Origin: Coprobacillaceae bacterium
GTDB taxonomy: Bacteria > Bacillota_I > Bacilli_A > Erysipelotrichales > Coprobacillaceae
Length of the DNA: 32,000 bases
Assembly (NCBI GenBank): GCA_963675515.1
Contig: OY776328.1
Location: 1,530,001 to 1,562,000, forward strand
Direction of reading: 5' to 3'
The translations under genes and the position numbers were made by a program. The notes under the pieces were generated by a model. It had not been told where the DNA came from. It ran no database searches and saw only the letters and a program-made list of their open reading frames with translations. Position 1 is the stretch's first letter. Each line of letters opens with the position of its first letter. This document shows, in pieces, positions 18,475-29,905 of this stretch.

Positions 18475-18548
18475 CTTTTTTGGATAACCGCCCGATCTGG
18501 GCGGGTGACTAGAATAGTGGAAAAACAGAATGGATAGACAGTTCGCTT

Positions 18549-20384
18549 CTATGCTTCCAGTTCCACAGTCAGGTTTTGATTGCGCCGGCTCTTGGCCAGT
18601 GACAGTCCTACTGTCGCCAGGAAAAAGGCCATCAGGATTCCACCCAGGATCAGGGCGTTTTGTGATGTCGTGCTTGTAAGCGTCCCGGAGATGCAATCCT
18701 TGAACAGGGCGACTGCATAGGTCATCGGCATGTAAGGATATAGGACATTGAAAAACTTCGGCACAGTTTCCATCGGGAAAGTTCCACCACATGATGTCAG
18801 CTGCAGGATCAACAGGGTGATTGCGCCAAATTTGCCAAGATTGCCCAGATGGACAATGCAGAACTGGACGATGGCGATTGAAACCATCGACACCAGGCTA
18901 AGCGTTCCAAAGAACACCAGCGGGTGGGCGACCTCAAGACCAAGACCGTAAATCAGCACCAGACCGAGAACTACGGCTTGGGCCAACCCCAGGGCCAGAT
19001 AAATCAGGCTGCGGGCCAGCTTGTGTTCGCTGTTACGGCTCAGGATTGCAAAGCGGCCGTCACCATCGAAGTAGATGCCAAAGAAGATCATCAGGGCGCC
19101 TACCCAGAGTGAAAGCGACATGAAGTAAGGGGCAAAGTAGGTCCCGTAGTTGGCAATCGGGTTGATTGTCTGAGTTTCGATCTGGACCGGGCTGGCAGCG
19201 TATTCCCCCAGCCCATCGAGAGCTGCCAGCTGGGAATTTGTTTCCTCCATGGCACTTGTGACTTCCTGGGTGGCAAGGTCCAGCCCGTCATCAAGCTTGG
19301 TCATGCCTTCACTTAGGTCGCTGGCTCCTTCATTGATTTTCGTGGTAGCCGCTGCGAGTTCATCGGTAGCCGCTTCGATCGTTGCCGTCCCATCGTTCAA
19401 ACTCGCTGCCCCAACACTCAGGCTCTGCGAACCGGTGGCCAGACTGGCAGCCCCGGTGTTAAGCTGGTCACCGGCATTCAACAAGGCCTGGATATTGGCG
19501 GCATTGTCGGGATTTGAAAGCTGCTGGATGAAAGCCATGAAGGTGGGATCCTGGAGCAGCTGGGGATTAGCCTGGACGTAGGCGGTGATGAAGGTTGCCG
19601 TATCATTGACGTTGGCAATCAGACTTTCAACTCCGGCTGTATAGGTTTCCAGACCGGCGCTAAGATCACTGGCCCCTTGGGCGACCTGGCTGGCTCGCTC
19701 ATCAAGCTGGGTAGCACCATCACCCAGGGCGGCTATCCCTTGGCTGTACTCGATGAAACTTTGGTTGAACTGTTCGGTTCCGCTGGCAAGCTCTTGGCTG
19801 CCGCTTGCCAGGGTGGAAGAGCCGGAAGCCAGCTGGTCAAGCCCGTCCTCGAGTGTTGTCATTTGCGCTGGCAGATCGGCAACCTGGTTGGTCAGGCTGG
19901 TCACTATCTCTTGAGTGATCGATTCCTGAGTGCTATTTTCTAGTTGCAAGACCGCCTTAGACAGAATCTGGCTGGCCAGGTAGTTCTTCTTCTCGTTGGG
20001 CGAGTATTCGATTGTCGCGGTCTTTTTCTGTGATGTCGCCGCCGAGGCGATATTGGCAGAGAAGTCTTCAGGGAAGACAATCATCGCATAATATTCATCG
20101 CCGGCGGTACCTTCCTGGGCATCCTCAAGATCGGTCACGATGAAATTCAAACTGGCATTTTCGACCAGCTTGGAGCTGATCTCTTGGCCCAGATTGCGGG
20201 TCGCATTGTTGATAGTGGCGCCACTGTCATTGTTGACCACCGCCACGGGCAGCGTCTCCAGCCGGGAATAAGGATCCCAGAAAGCGCCGAGGTAGAACAG
20301 GCTGTACATCAAGGGGATGACGATAACCCCGATAATAACCAAAGTTCTCACCATCGATTTTTTAGGAAATAATTTTTTCTTCAT
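18549..20384 (-). CDS. YhgE/Pip-domain membrane protein (phage infection protein family)
   Basis: The N-terminus RTLVIIGVIVIPLMYSLFYLGAFWDPYSRLETLPVAVVNND is typical of YhgE/Pip. A long A/S/Q/L-rich extracellular repeat region follows (LASGSSTLASGSQELASG...). The C-terminus is an ABC-2-like polytopic domain. SD GGGAGG lies upstream of the ATG. Confidence 0.85.
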   Translation of the reverse strand: MKKKLFPKKSMVRTLVIIGVIVIPLMYSLFYLGAFWDPYSRLETLPVAVVNNDSGATINNATRNLGQEISSKLVENASLNFIVTDLEDAQEGTAGDEYYAMIVFPEDFSANIASAATSQKKTATIEYSPNEKKNYLASQILSKAVLQLENSTQESITQEIVTSLTNQVADLPAQMTTLEDGLDQLASGSSTLASGSQELASGTEQFNQSFIEYSQGIAALGDGATQLDERASQVAQGASDLSAGLETYTAGVESLIANVNDTATFITAYVQANPQLLQDPTFMAFIQQLSNPDNAANIQALLNAGDQLNTGAASLATGSQSLSVGAASLNDGTATIEAATDELAAATTKINEGASDLSEGMTKLDDGLDLATQEVTSAMEETNSQLAALDGLGEYAASPVQIETQTINPIANYGTYFAPYFMSLSLWVGALMIFFGIYFDGDGRFAILSRNSEHKLARSLIYLALGLAQAVVLGLVLIYGLGLEVAHPLVFFGTLSLVSMVSIAIVQFCIVHLGNLGKFGAITLLILQLTSCGGTFPMETVPKFFNVLYPYMPMTYAVALFKDCISGTLTSTTSQNALILGGILMAFFLATVGLSLAKSRRNQNLTVELEA

Positions 20385-20680
20385 TCTTTTAACCTCCCAT
20401 TTCCATCATGGAGTATAGCACCGTCTTTTCTGCTTGTATTTAGACAAAGCAGGGCGATTGTCCAAAGATAAGACAGATCATCCCAAATGTCATAAGGCCG
20501 GCAGAAAATTATAGGTAAGGCTGATTAATCAGTTGTCATTAAGGGAGGAGCTGTCGGGAGAACGAACTTTGCTACTCATAAAATATCAACTGTTCAAGTA
20601 ATATTTTTAGGATTGCTGTTTATCGGCCGGCGTTAAGGTGCTATACTTATTGACAGATAAATGCAACGAGGAGTACTGAC

Positions 20681-21244
20681 ATGGCAGAATCCAACATCAC
20701 AAAAAAAGCCCTGGCCGCAGGGTTCAAGGAACTTCTAAAAGTTAACAGTTTCGACACTATCAGTGTCCAGGATATAGCTCAAAGATGCGGACTCAACCGC
20801 CAGACATTCTACTACCATTTTCATGACAAATACGAACTGGTCAACTGGATCTATTATCATGAGGCATTGCAGGTGGTTGCGACAAATCTGGACTTCGATA
20901 CCTGGAGTTCCAAGGCGCTGGAGCTGCTGAAAATAATGAAACAAGACGACTATTTCTATCAGCGCACCCTGAGAAACACCAGGAGCAACGAATTCCAGGA
21001 TTACCTGTTCGATTTTTTCCGGGATGTGTTTACCCGGATTATCGCCAGAATTGCCATAAAGGACGAACAGCTGGGCGGGGAAAAATCCTATGTGGCCGAA
21101 TTCCTGGCTTACGGGGTTGTGGGAATGATTGTCGCTTGGGCCAAAAACGGGATGAAACAGACACCAGAAGAGATAGTATCCCATATCCAGATGGCCATCG
21201 AGGATGGAAAAATGTACGCAATAACGCGGGGACAGGAATTATAG
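20681..21244 (+). CDS. TetR/AcrR-family transcriptional regulator (DhaS-like subgroup)
   Basis: The HTH region is ISVQDIAQRCGLNRQTFYYHFHDKYELVNWIY. The gene is divergent from the YhgE/Pip gene, a common pairing. Confidence 0.85.
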   Translation: MAESNITKKALAAGFKELLKVNSFDTISVQDIAQRCGLNRQTFYYHFHDKYELVNWIYYHEALQVVATNLDFDTWSSKALELLKIMKQDDYFYQRTLRNTRSNEFQDYLFDFFRDVFTRIIARIAIKDEQLGGEKSYVAEFLAYGVVGMIVAWAKNGMKQTPEEIVSHIQMAIEDGKMYAITRGQEL

Positions 21245-21436
21245 AGGAAAATACATTCAATCTGTTCCATACGTTATTTTCGCCATTCCATTCCATTAAA
21301 GGTGGCATTGATAGGAAACTTATTCGATTAGACAATTAGTACGCACAGTAAATTCGTAATTTGAATTTTATTGAAGTTGTCAAATTGTCTGGGTAGTAAA
21401 CAGATGTTATAAATCAATTGATTGGAGAGGTTTAAA

Positions 21437-22327
21437 ATGACGGAATCATACAAATATCTTCAAAAATATGAGACTATAGACGTGATTGGTTTCGATCAAA
21501 ATAGGAAAATGGCCAATAAGAATAAGGACATAGTATTGATCCAGAATAGCTTGCCTGAGAACTTTGCAGTTGAGGATCATTTTCATGACTGGCTGGAAAT
21601 CACCTATCTTGTGGAAGGTGAACAGCTGATTAGAATCAAGGAGCGGTCGTATGTCCTTTCAACCGGTGATTTCCTGATGGTAAACTATAATCAGCTTCAT
21701 GAGTCGGTGGCGATAAGACCGTGCAAGAAATTGACAATCCAGATCAAAAGGAGTTATCTGACCCATAACCTGCCTAGTTTCGATCCCGAAAAGATATGGT
21801 GCAACTCGACAACGATAACGACTGTCGAAGAGTACCACCGTTACAAGCATCTTGCTGGCATCTTTTTGGAGATGGCTGTCAGATTCAAAGATCAAACCGG
21901 TTTGGGGGAAATTGGGTTCAAGGGATCGTTGTACAACTTCTTCTATCACCTGATCAGAGATTTTTCCATAGATGAGACTGGCAGTGTAGACAGCGAAGCA
22001 AACCAAAACCATACAATGAACCAGATCATGTCATACATCCATAAGAACTACGAAACAGGAATAACCTTGAAGGATCTGTCGGAGACCTTCTATCTGACGC
22101 CCCAGTATATATCAAAAATGTTCAAGGAATTCAAGAATATGACCTTCCTGGAGACATTGAACGATATCCGGCTGAGCCATGCGGTTTATGATATGATTAA
22201 CACTGACAAGAAGCTCGTGGCGATATGTTACGAGTCCGGATTCAAGAACAACAAATCTTTCATCACCGCCTTCAAACAGAAATACGGGGTTACCCCAAGC
22301 GCATACCGCCAGAGATCAAAAAAATAG
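21437..22327 (+). CDS. AraC-family transcriptional regulator (cupin sensor plus double HTH)
   Basis: The N-terminus is cupin-like (HFHDWLEITYLVEG...LHES). The C-terminus has ITLKDLSETFYLTPQYISKMFK...GFKNNKSFITAFKQKYGVTPSAYR. I prefer ATG 21437 (SD GGAGAGG). Confidence 0.85.
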   Translation: MTESYKYLQKYETIDVIGFDQNRKMANKNKDIVLIQNSLPENFAVEDHFHDWLEITYLVEGEQLIRIKERSYVLSTGDFLMVNYNQLHESVAIRPCKKLTIQIKRSYLTHNLPSFDPEKIWCNSTTITTVEEYHRYKHLAGIFLEMAVRFKDQTGLGEIGFKGSLYNFFYHLIRDFSIDETGSVDSEANQNHTMNQIMSYIHKNYETGITLKDLSETFYLTPQYISKMFKEFKNMTFLETLNDIRLSHAVYDMINTDKKLVAICYESGFKNNKSFITAFKQKYGVTPSAYRQRSKK

Positions 22328-22331
22328 TACG

Positions 22332-22370
22332 GATTGTCTTGTTGATTAAAATAAGACAATCTTTTGTTTT
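22332..22370 (+). terminator. Rho-independent terminator after the AraC gene
   Basis: GATTGTCTT, a 12-nt loop, AAGACAATC, then TTTTGTTTT. Confidence 0.7.
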
Positions 22371-22447
22371 ATAAATGCCAAGAGAACGATATTGAAACCG
22401 GTTATATTTAAGTTAGAAGTTAACCGCTTCAAGAAAAGGAGAGACTT

Positions 22448-25223
<2,776 letters not shown>

Positions 25224-25354
25224 ACAATATCTAACAGAACAAGAATGACTATGATATGTCTATATAATCTATGTAAACACATATGGCGTGTTTAGCAACA
25301 TTTACCATTCTGTTATGCAATATTAGAGTCCCCATCCTGGATTATTGAAATTAT

Positions 25355-25383
25355 TTGATTTCGATATTTCAACGTGGTATATT
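25355..25383 (+). promoter_or_regulatory. Near-consensus sigma-A promoter driving the repeat-containing RNA
   Basis: TTGATT (25355-25360), exactly 17 nt, then TATATT (25378-25383) preceded by TGg (extended -10). Confidence 0.55.
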
Positions 25384-25416
25384 GTTGTTGTAAGAGAAAT
25401 CCTCTTAGAAACAAAC

Positions 25417-25484
25417 CGGAGAACCATAGCCTGAGTTGGAACTACTAAATCGGAGAACCATAGCCTTAGTTGGGAATTTAAAAG
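25417..25484 (+). repeat. Two head-to-tail 34-nt repeat units
   Basis: Unit 1 is CGGAGAACCATAGCCTGAGTTGGAACTACTAAAT and unit 2 is CGGAGAACCATAGCCTTAGTTGGGAATTTAAAAG. The first 23 nt are identical except for 1 position; the tails are A/T-rich and divergent. Confidence 0.85.
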
Positions 25485-25486
25485 AA

Positions 25487-25525
25487 CAAAAACAGAGACG
25501 CAACTAATGTTGTATCTCTGTTTTT
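25487..25525 (+). terminator. Rho-independent terminator (hairpin with a 2x2 internal loop) followed by T5
   Basis: CAGAGA-cg-CAAC-taat-GTTG-ta-TCTCTG, then TTTTT. An A5 run upstream means it could also act on the minus strand. Confidence 0.6.
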
Positions 25526-25649
25526 GCAATATGTAGAAATGTGAAAATGTAGCCAATGGTTTTAAATAGAATCATAGGCAGGTAGTAGATTCATGGTGGT
25601 GATGATCAAATTCATTCACATACGTTTGTCAAAAAAAATCTGAAAAAAC

Positions 25650-25688
25650 TTGACACTCCTAACCTTGAGACTTAAGCTAAGGTTGAGA
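25650..25688 (+). promoter_or_regulatory. Putative promoter of the AbiEi-like gene with overlapping 11-nt direct repeats (possible operator)
   Basis: TTGACA (25650-25655), 17 nt, then TAAGCT (25673-25678). The repeats TAACCTTGAGA (25660-25670) and TAAGGTTGAGA (25678-25688) flank and overlap the -10. Confidence 0.4.
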
Positions 25689-25704
25689 AGGTGGTGGGTT
25701 TATT

Positions 25705-26406
25705 ATGGGTTATTCAACCAAAATAGAAAGTGTTCTAAAGAAATATCCTGAACTCGACATTTTTGATGCCCAGTATCTATATAACAAGAAATTCAAGAAT
25801 ATATCGAAACAAGCATTTTACCAGACCCTTTCGCGACTTACAAAAAAAGGGATGATTAAGAGGATTACCAATGGCATTTACTGTATCCCAAAACAAGGCC
25901 AGTTCGGTCTGGTTGTGGCCCAGGAGAATAATATCATCAGTTATTATTTGGGAAAAGACAACAAAGAAGGCATTGTTGTCGGATATAGAATGTATAATCA
26001 ATATAAGCTCACAACCCAGGTATCCGAGAAAGTGGAACTGTATTCGAAAATTGCAACCACCACAATCAAGAATATCGACAATGTGAGTGTTACTAAAATA
26101 AATATCAAACTGGGTTCCAAAACCAAGAGCCTGATTGAGTTGCTTGAGGTATTGGAGAATGCCAAAAATATTGAAGAGTTGGATCGTGTTAATCTGAAAG
26201 CTTTTATTAGTAATCGGGTTGGAGCTTACGATCAAAAGCTGATGGAAATGATTATGAAGGATATCGGATATAAAAAAAGCACTTTGGCATCTTTGAAAAA
26301 GTGTTTGGATCATTATAAGATTGAAAACAACCTGCCCAACTATTTGAATGCAACTTCCAAATACGTAATGATTGAACTGGAGCTAAATGACGAATCTCAA
26401 CAATAA
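25705..26406 (+). CDS. AbiEi-like / DUF6088-type winged-helix protein (type IV TA antitoxin-like)
   Basis: The N-terminus ...ISKQAFYQTLSRLTKKGMIKRITNGIYCIPK, followed by ...YRMYNQYKLTTQVSEKVELYS, matches my memory of the AbiEi_4/DUF6088 pattern (wHTH, G.Y..PK, then N.LGLTTQVP). SD AAGGTGGTG upstream of the ATG. Confidence 0.65.
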   Translation: MGYSTKIESVLKKYPELDIFDAQYLYNKKFKNISKQAFYQTLSRLTKKGMIKRITNGIYCIPKQGQFGLVVAQENNIISYYLGKDNKEGIVVGYRMYNQYKLTTQVSEKVELYSKIATTTIKNIDNVSVTKINIKLGSKTKSLIELLEVLENAKNIEELDRVNLKAFISNRVGAYDQKLMEMIMKDIGYKKSTLASLKKCLDHYKIENNLPNYLNATSKYVMIELELNDESQQ

Positions 26407-26485
26407 CCAGGCACTTTTTGAAGAACTGATTGCCTTGACTAGAAATCAGGCTGTGCAAAAAACAAACGATGAAGGAACTTTTTGA
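26387..26485 (+). pseudogene. 32-codon ORF resembling the N-terminus of an AbiEii/AbiGii-type nucleotidyltransferase toxin (truncated remnant)
   Basis: ATG 26387 overlaps the 3' end of the AbiEi-like gene, the usual AbiEi/AbiEii geometry. The product MTNLNNNQALFEELIALTRNQAVQKTNDEGTF resembles the remembered N-terminal pattern (..N...LF.ELI..T...) of these toxins but stops after 32 aa. Confidence 0.3.
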
Positions 26486-26507
26486 TTCCGTTTAAAGATA
26501 AGGGCGG

Positions 26508-27260
26508 GTGATTGCTTTGGAAAATAACTTAGATATCTTGGACTGTCTAAAAACTTCTAAGAGTTATTTTGAGGACTTCGCTTCCAGGTTCACTTATCAT
26601 AGCAATGCGATAGAGGGAAGTACCTTGAGTTTCGCCGAAACGTATGCGTTACTGTTTGACAGTAAATACAGCAAGATAGAACAAGCGGATGTCAAGGAAA
26701 TATACGAGGCAATCAATCATAAGTATGCATTGAATATGGTAATTGAGCGGGTAGATGATAAAATATTGTCCATAGATGAGCAATTCCTTACCAAGATAAA
26801 TCAAACGATAAATCATAACATTATTTTCGTTGGAGGCTATCGGTTGGGACGAATCCGAATCCGAGGTTCGCAGAAGGAATTTCCTTTGCCAAGTGAGCTG
26901 GAAGCAGTGATGAATGAATATTATGATAAATATAATCGTTTGTTCCATTCAAGTTTCGATATGGAAGATATTGCGAGAATGCACTTGGATTATGAAAACA
27001 TCCATCCCTACCCTGATGGTAATGGCCGGACGGGGCGATTGATGATAAATTATATATTGCTAGCTGCCAATCAAATACCAATAGTAATACCTTTTGAAAA
27101 CAGAAAAACATATCTTTCTTTGATGGAAGATAATGATGTTGCCGGGCTTGCGGCAATGTTTAAACAGCTCCAGGAAAGTGAATACTCTCGGATTTGTGAT
27201 TTCCTGGATATGGATAGTGAACCAGCAAGACAGCTTATAAGAAAAGATGTCATGGAATAG
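26508..27260 (+). CDS. Fic/DOC-family protein, class II (N-terminal inhibitory helix motif present)
   Basis: The catalytic motif HPYPDGNGRTGR matches HxFx(D/E)GNGRxxR with Y in place of F. The inhibitory motif S-x-x-x-E-G is present in the N-terminal region as YHSNAIEGSTL. The start is GTG 26508 or, with better SD spacing (GGGTGAT at 26506-26512), TTG 26517. Confidence 0.85.
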   Translation: MIALENNLDILDCLKTSKSYFEDFASRFTYHSNAIEGSTLSFAETYALLFDSKYSKIEQADVKEIYEAINHKYALNMVIERVDDKILSIDEQFLTKINQTINHNIIFVGGYRLGRIRIRGSQKEFPLPSELEAVMNEYYDKYNRLFHSSFDMEDIARMHLDYENIHPYPDGNGRTGRLMINYILLAANQIPIVIPFENRKTYLSLMEDNDVAGLAAMFKQLQESEYSRICDFLDMDSEPARQLIRKDVME

Positions 27261-27429
27261 ACCGTGGACAGTTGATTTACAGCTGGCCCGGAGTAGTTAT
27301 GCTGGTTGAATCCCTGATATGGATAAAATATAACCTGTGGTTTGCTTGGATAGTCAATAAAATACCACTCGAATCTTAGAACTGATATAAGTTGACAGAT
27401 CCAAGCAACTGTCAACTTGATATAATGCG

Positions 27430-27462
27430 AAAACCCCGCTCACACATGTGATTGGGGCTTTT
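27430..27462. terminator. Bidirectional terminator between the Fic gene (+) and the RpiR gene (-)
   Basis: AAAA-CCCC-gc-TCAC-acat-GTGA-tt-GGGG-CTTTT. A/T runs on both sides, between convergent stops at 27260 and 27559. Confidence 0.6.
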
Positions 27463-27558
27463 AACTTTGACCGCGAGTCTTCAAAAAATCAATCTGAAAT
27501 GCTGCTTGTTGATATAGTAGGTCGCATTGAAATGAAGAATCACCGGTTGTATTGACCT

Positions 27559-28344
27559 CTACACCAACAAATCTTCCCGATACAGCGAGTAGTAGGTGGT
27601 TATGATGATGTCGATGAAGTTGACGATGCTACTGATGCCCTGGTTGTTGTCATAATCTCCGCCCAGATTGATGGCCAGGTCGTACTTTTCAATATTGGTG
27701 GCACTGGGGTTCTGGGTGATCAGGATGGTATTGACCTCATTTTTGTACATCGAGCTAAACAATGAAGTGCCGATCCGACCCCGGGGTGAAAAGGTGATTG
27801 CCAGATCATCGCTGGTTAGAGTTTTGGCGACTGATGCTTGCTGGTTGTTGTCGATATAGACATAGATGATCTTCCTGAAAAGGCTCAGGCGGTTCTGGAG
27901 GTAAAGCAAAACGAACTGGTAGATTGTGTTGCCAAAGCAGTGGACATTGGTGGAATCATGAATCATACGGCAAAGCCTGATTACCTCTTCGGGGTCTATG
28001 TGGCTGGAAAGGGCATCAATGTTGTCCTTTTTGGCCTGGTTGATGGATGCATATTCCATTTCCAGATCACCCGTGTTGCTCAGGTATTCCCGGGTATAGT
28101 CAATTTCGAACCCGTAGTTGTTGTCGAACTGGTCCTTGAAGGAATTGAAGTTCTTATAACCAAGCTTGCGGCAGAACCGTGAAATGGTGGAAGGGGAGAC
28201 AAAGCAAAGCTCGGCAAGAGACTCGATGCCCAGACTGGCTATCTTGTTGATGTTTTCAAGCATTGTCTTGGCCAGCTGGTAGTAGATGTCGTCTTTCTTG
28301 TTGGTGTTCATGTAGTTAAGTAATTGGTGCAGTATCGTATCCAT
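27559..28344 (-). CDS. MurR/RpiR-family transcriptional regulator (HTH_6 plus SIS domain)
   Basis: Contains SLAELCFVSPSTISRFCRKLGYKNFNSFK followed by a SIS-like C-terminal half. I prefer the ATG at 28344 (MDTILHQ), with SD GGGAGGA, over the track start at 28359. Confidence 0.85.
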   Translation of the reverse strand: MDTILHQLLNYMNTNKKDDIYYQLAKTMLENINKIASLGIESLAELCFVSPSTISRFCRKLGYKNFNSFKDQFDNNYGFEIDYTREYLSNTGDLEMEYASINQAKKDNIDALSSHIDPEEVIRLCRMIHDSTNVHCFGNTIYQFVLLYLQNRLSLFRKIIYVYIDNNQQASVAKTLTSDDLAITFSPRGRIGTSLFSSMYKNEVNTILITQNPSATNIEKYDLAINLGGDYDNNQGISSIVNFIDIIITTYYSLYREDLLV

Positions 28345-28465
28345 AATATTTCCTCCCATTCATTATAGGCAAATATGACAGTTCAGGCAAGTTTTTCTGA
28401 AATGGAAAAAGCTTTCCGATCCTGATTACAGTTTCTTCTTGAGAAGGCTTACAGCACATTAATAA

Positions 28466-29893
<1,428 letters not shown>

Positions 29894-29905
29894 GGAGAGA
29901 GTCTG

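Larger units (their letters stand above)
25390..25525 (+). ncRNA. Candidate ~135-nt small RNA containing two 34-nt tandem repeats, bounded by its own promoter and terminator
   Basis: The promoter at 25355-25383 and the terminator at 25487-25525 enclose a stretch with no credible ORF. It contains a small hairpin (AAGAG-aaatc-CTCTT) and two tandem repeat units. Confidence 0.4.

Noticed and set aside
18488-18504. GC-rich hairpin CCGCCC-gatct-GGGCGG as the YhgE/Pip terminator
   Set aside because: The stem is good, but on the minus strand it is followed by TTATCCAAAAAAG rather than a U-tract. It may be a weak or factor-dependent terminator, and I am not confident enough to annotate it.
20735-21184. 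149-aa minus-strand ORF
   Set aside because: It is antisense to the TetR gene, which has a clear HTH motif and SD.
22392-22406. cre-like site TTGAAACCGGTTATA upstream of EIIC copy 1
   Set aside because: It matches the CcpA cre consensus (WTGNAANCGNTNNCW) except at the conserved C near the 3' end. That is plausible but too degenerate to call without a genome-wide matrix scan.
25274-25294. Hairpin TAAACAC-atatggc-GTGTTTA as the GH1 copy 1 terminator
   Set aside because: The 7-bp stem is A/T-rich and has no following T-tract. Read-through to the terminator at 25487-25525 is equally possible.
25417-25484. Possible CRISPR array
   Set aside because: There are only two directly abutting repeat units with no spacers, no palindromic repeat core and no cas genes. 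This is not a CRISPR array.
25323-25556. 77-aa minus-strand ORF across the tandem repeats
   Set aside because: It has no SD and runs through a promoter and a terminator hairpin. Its length is simply a consequence of the repeat, so the region is better explained as non-coding.
25777-26313. 178-aa minus-strand ORF inside the AbiEi-like gene
   Set aside because: It is antisense to an ORF with an SD, a promoter and recognisable wHTH features. AT-rich DNA commonly yields long antisense frames.
27418-27426. Perfect extended -10 (TGATATAAT) as a functional promoter
   Set aside because: It has no properly spaced -35 and sits only ~4 nt before a terminator hairpin, so any transcript would be aborted at once. 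Kept only as part of the palindrome observation.
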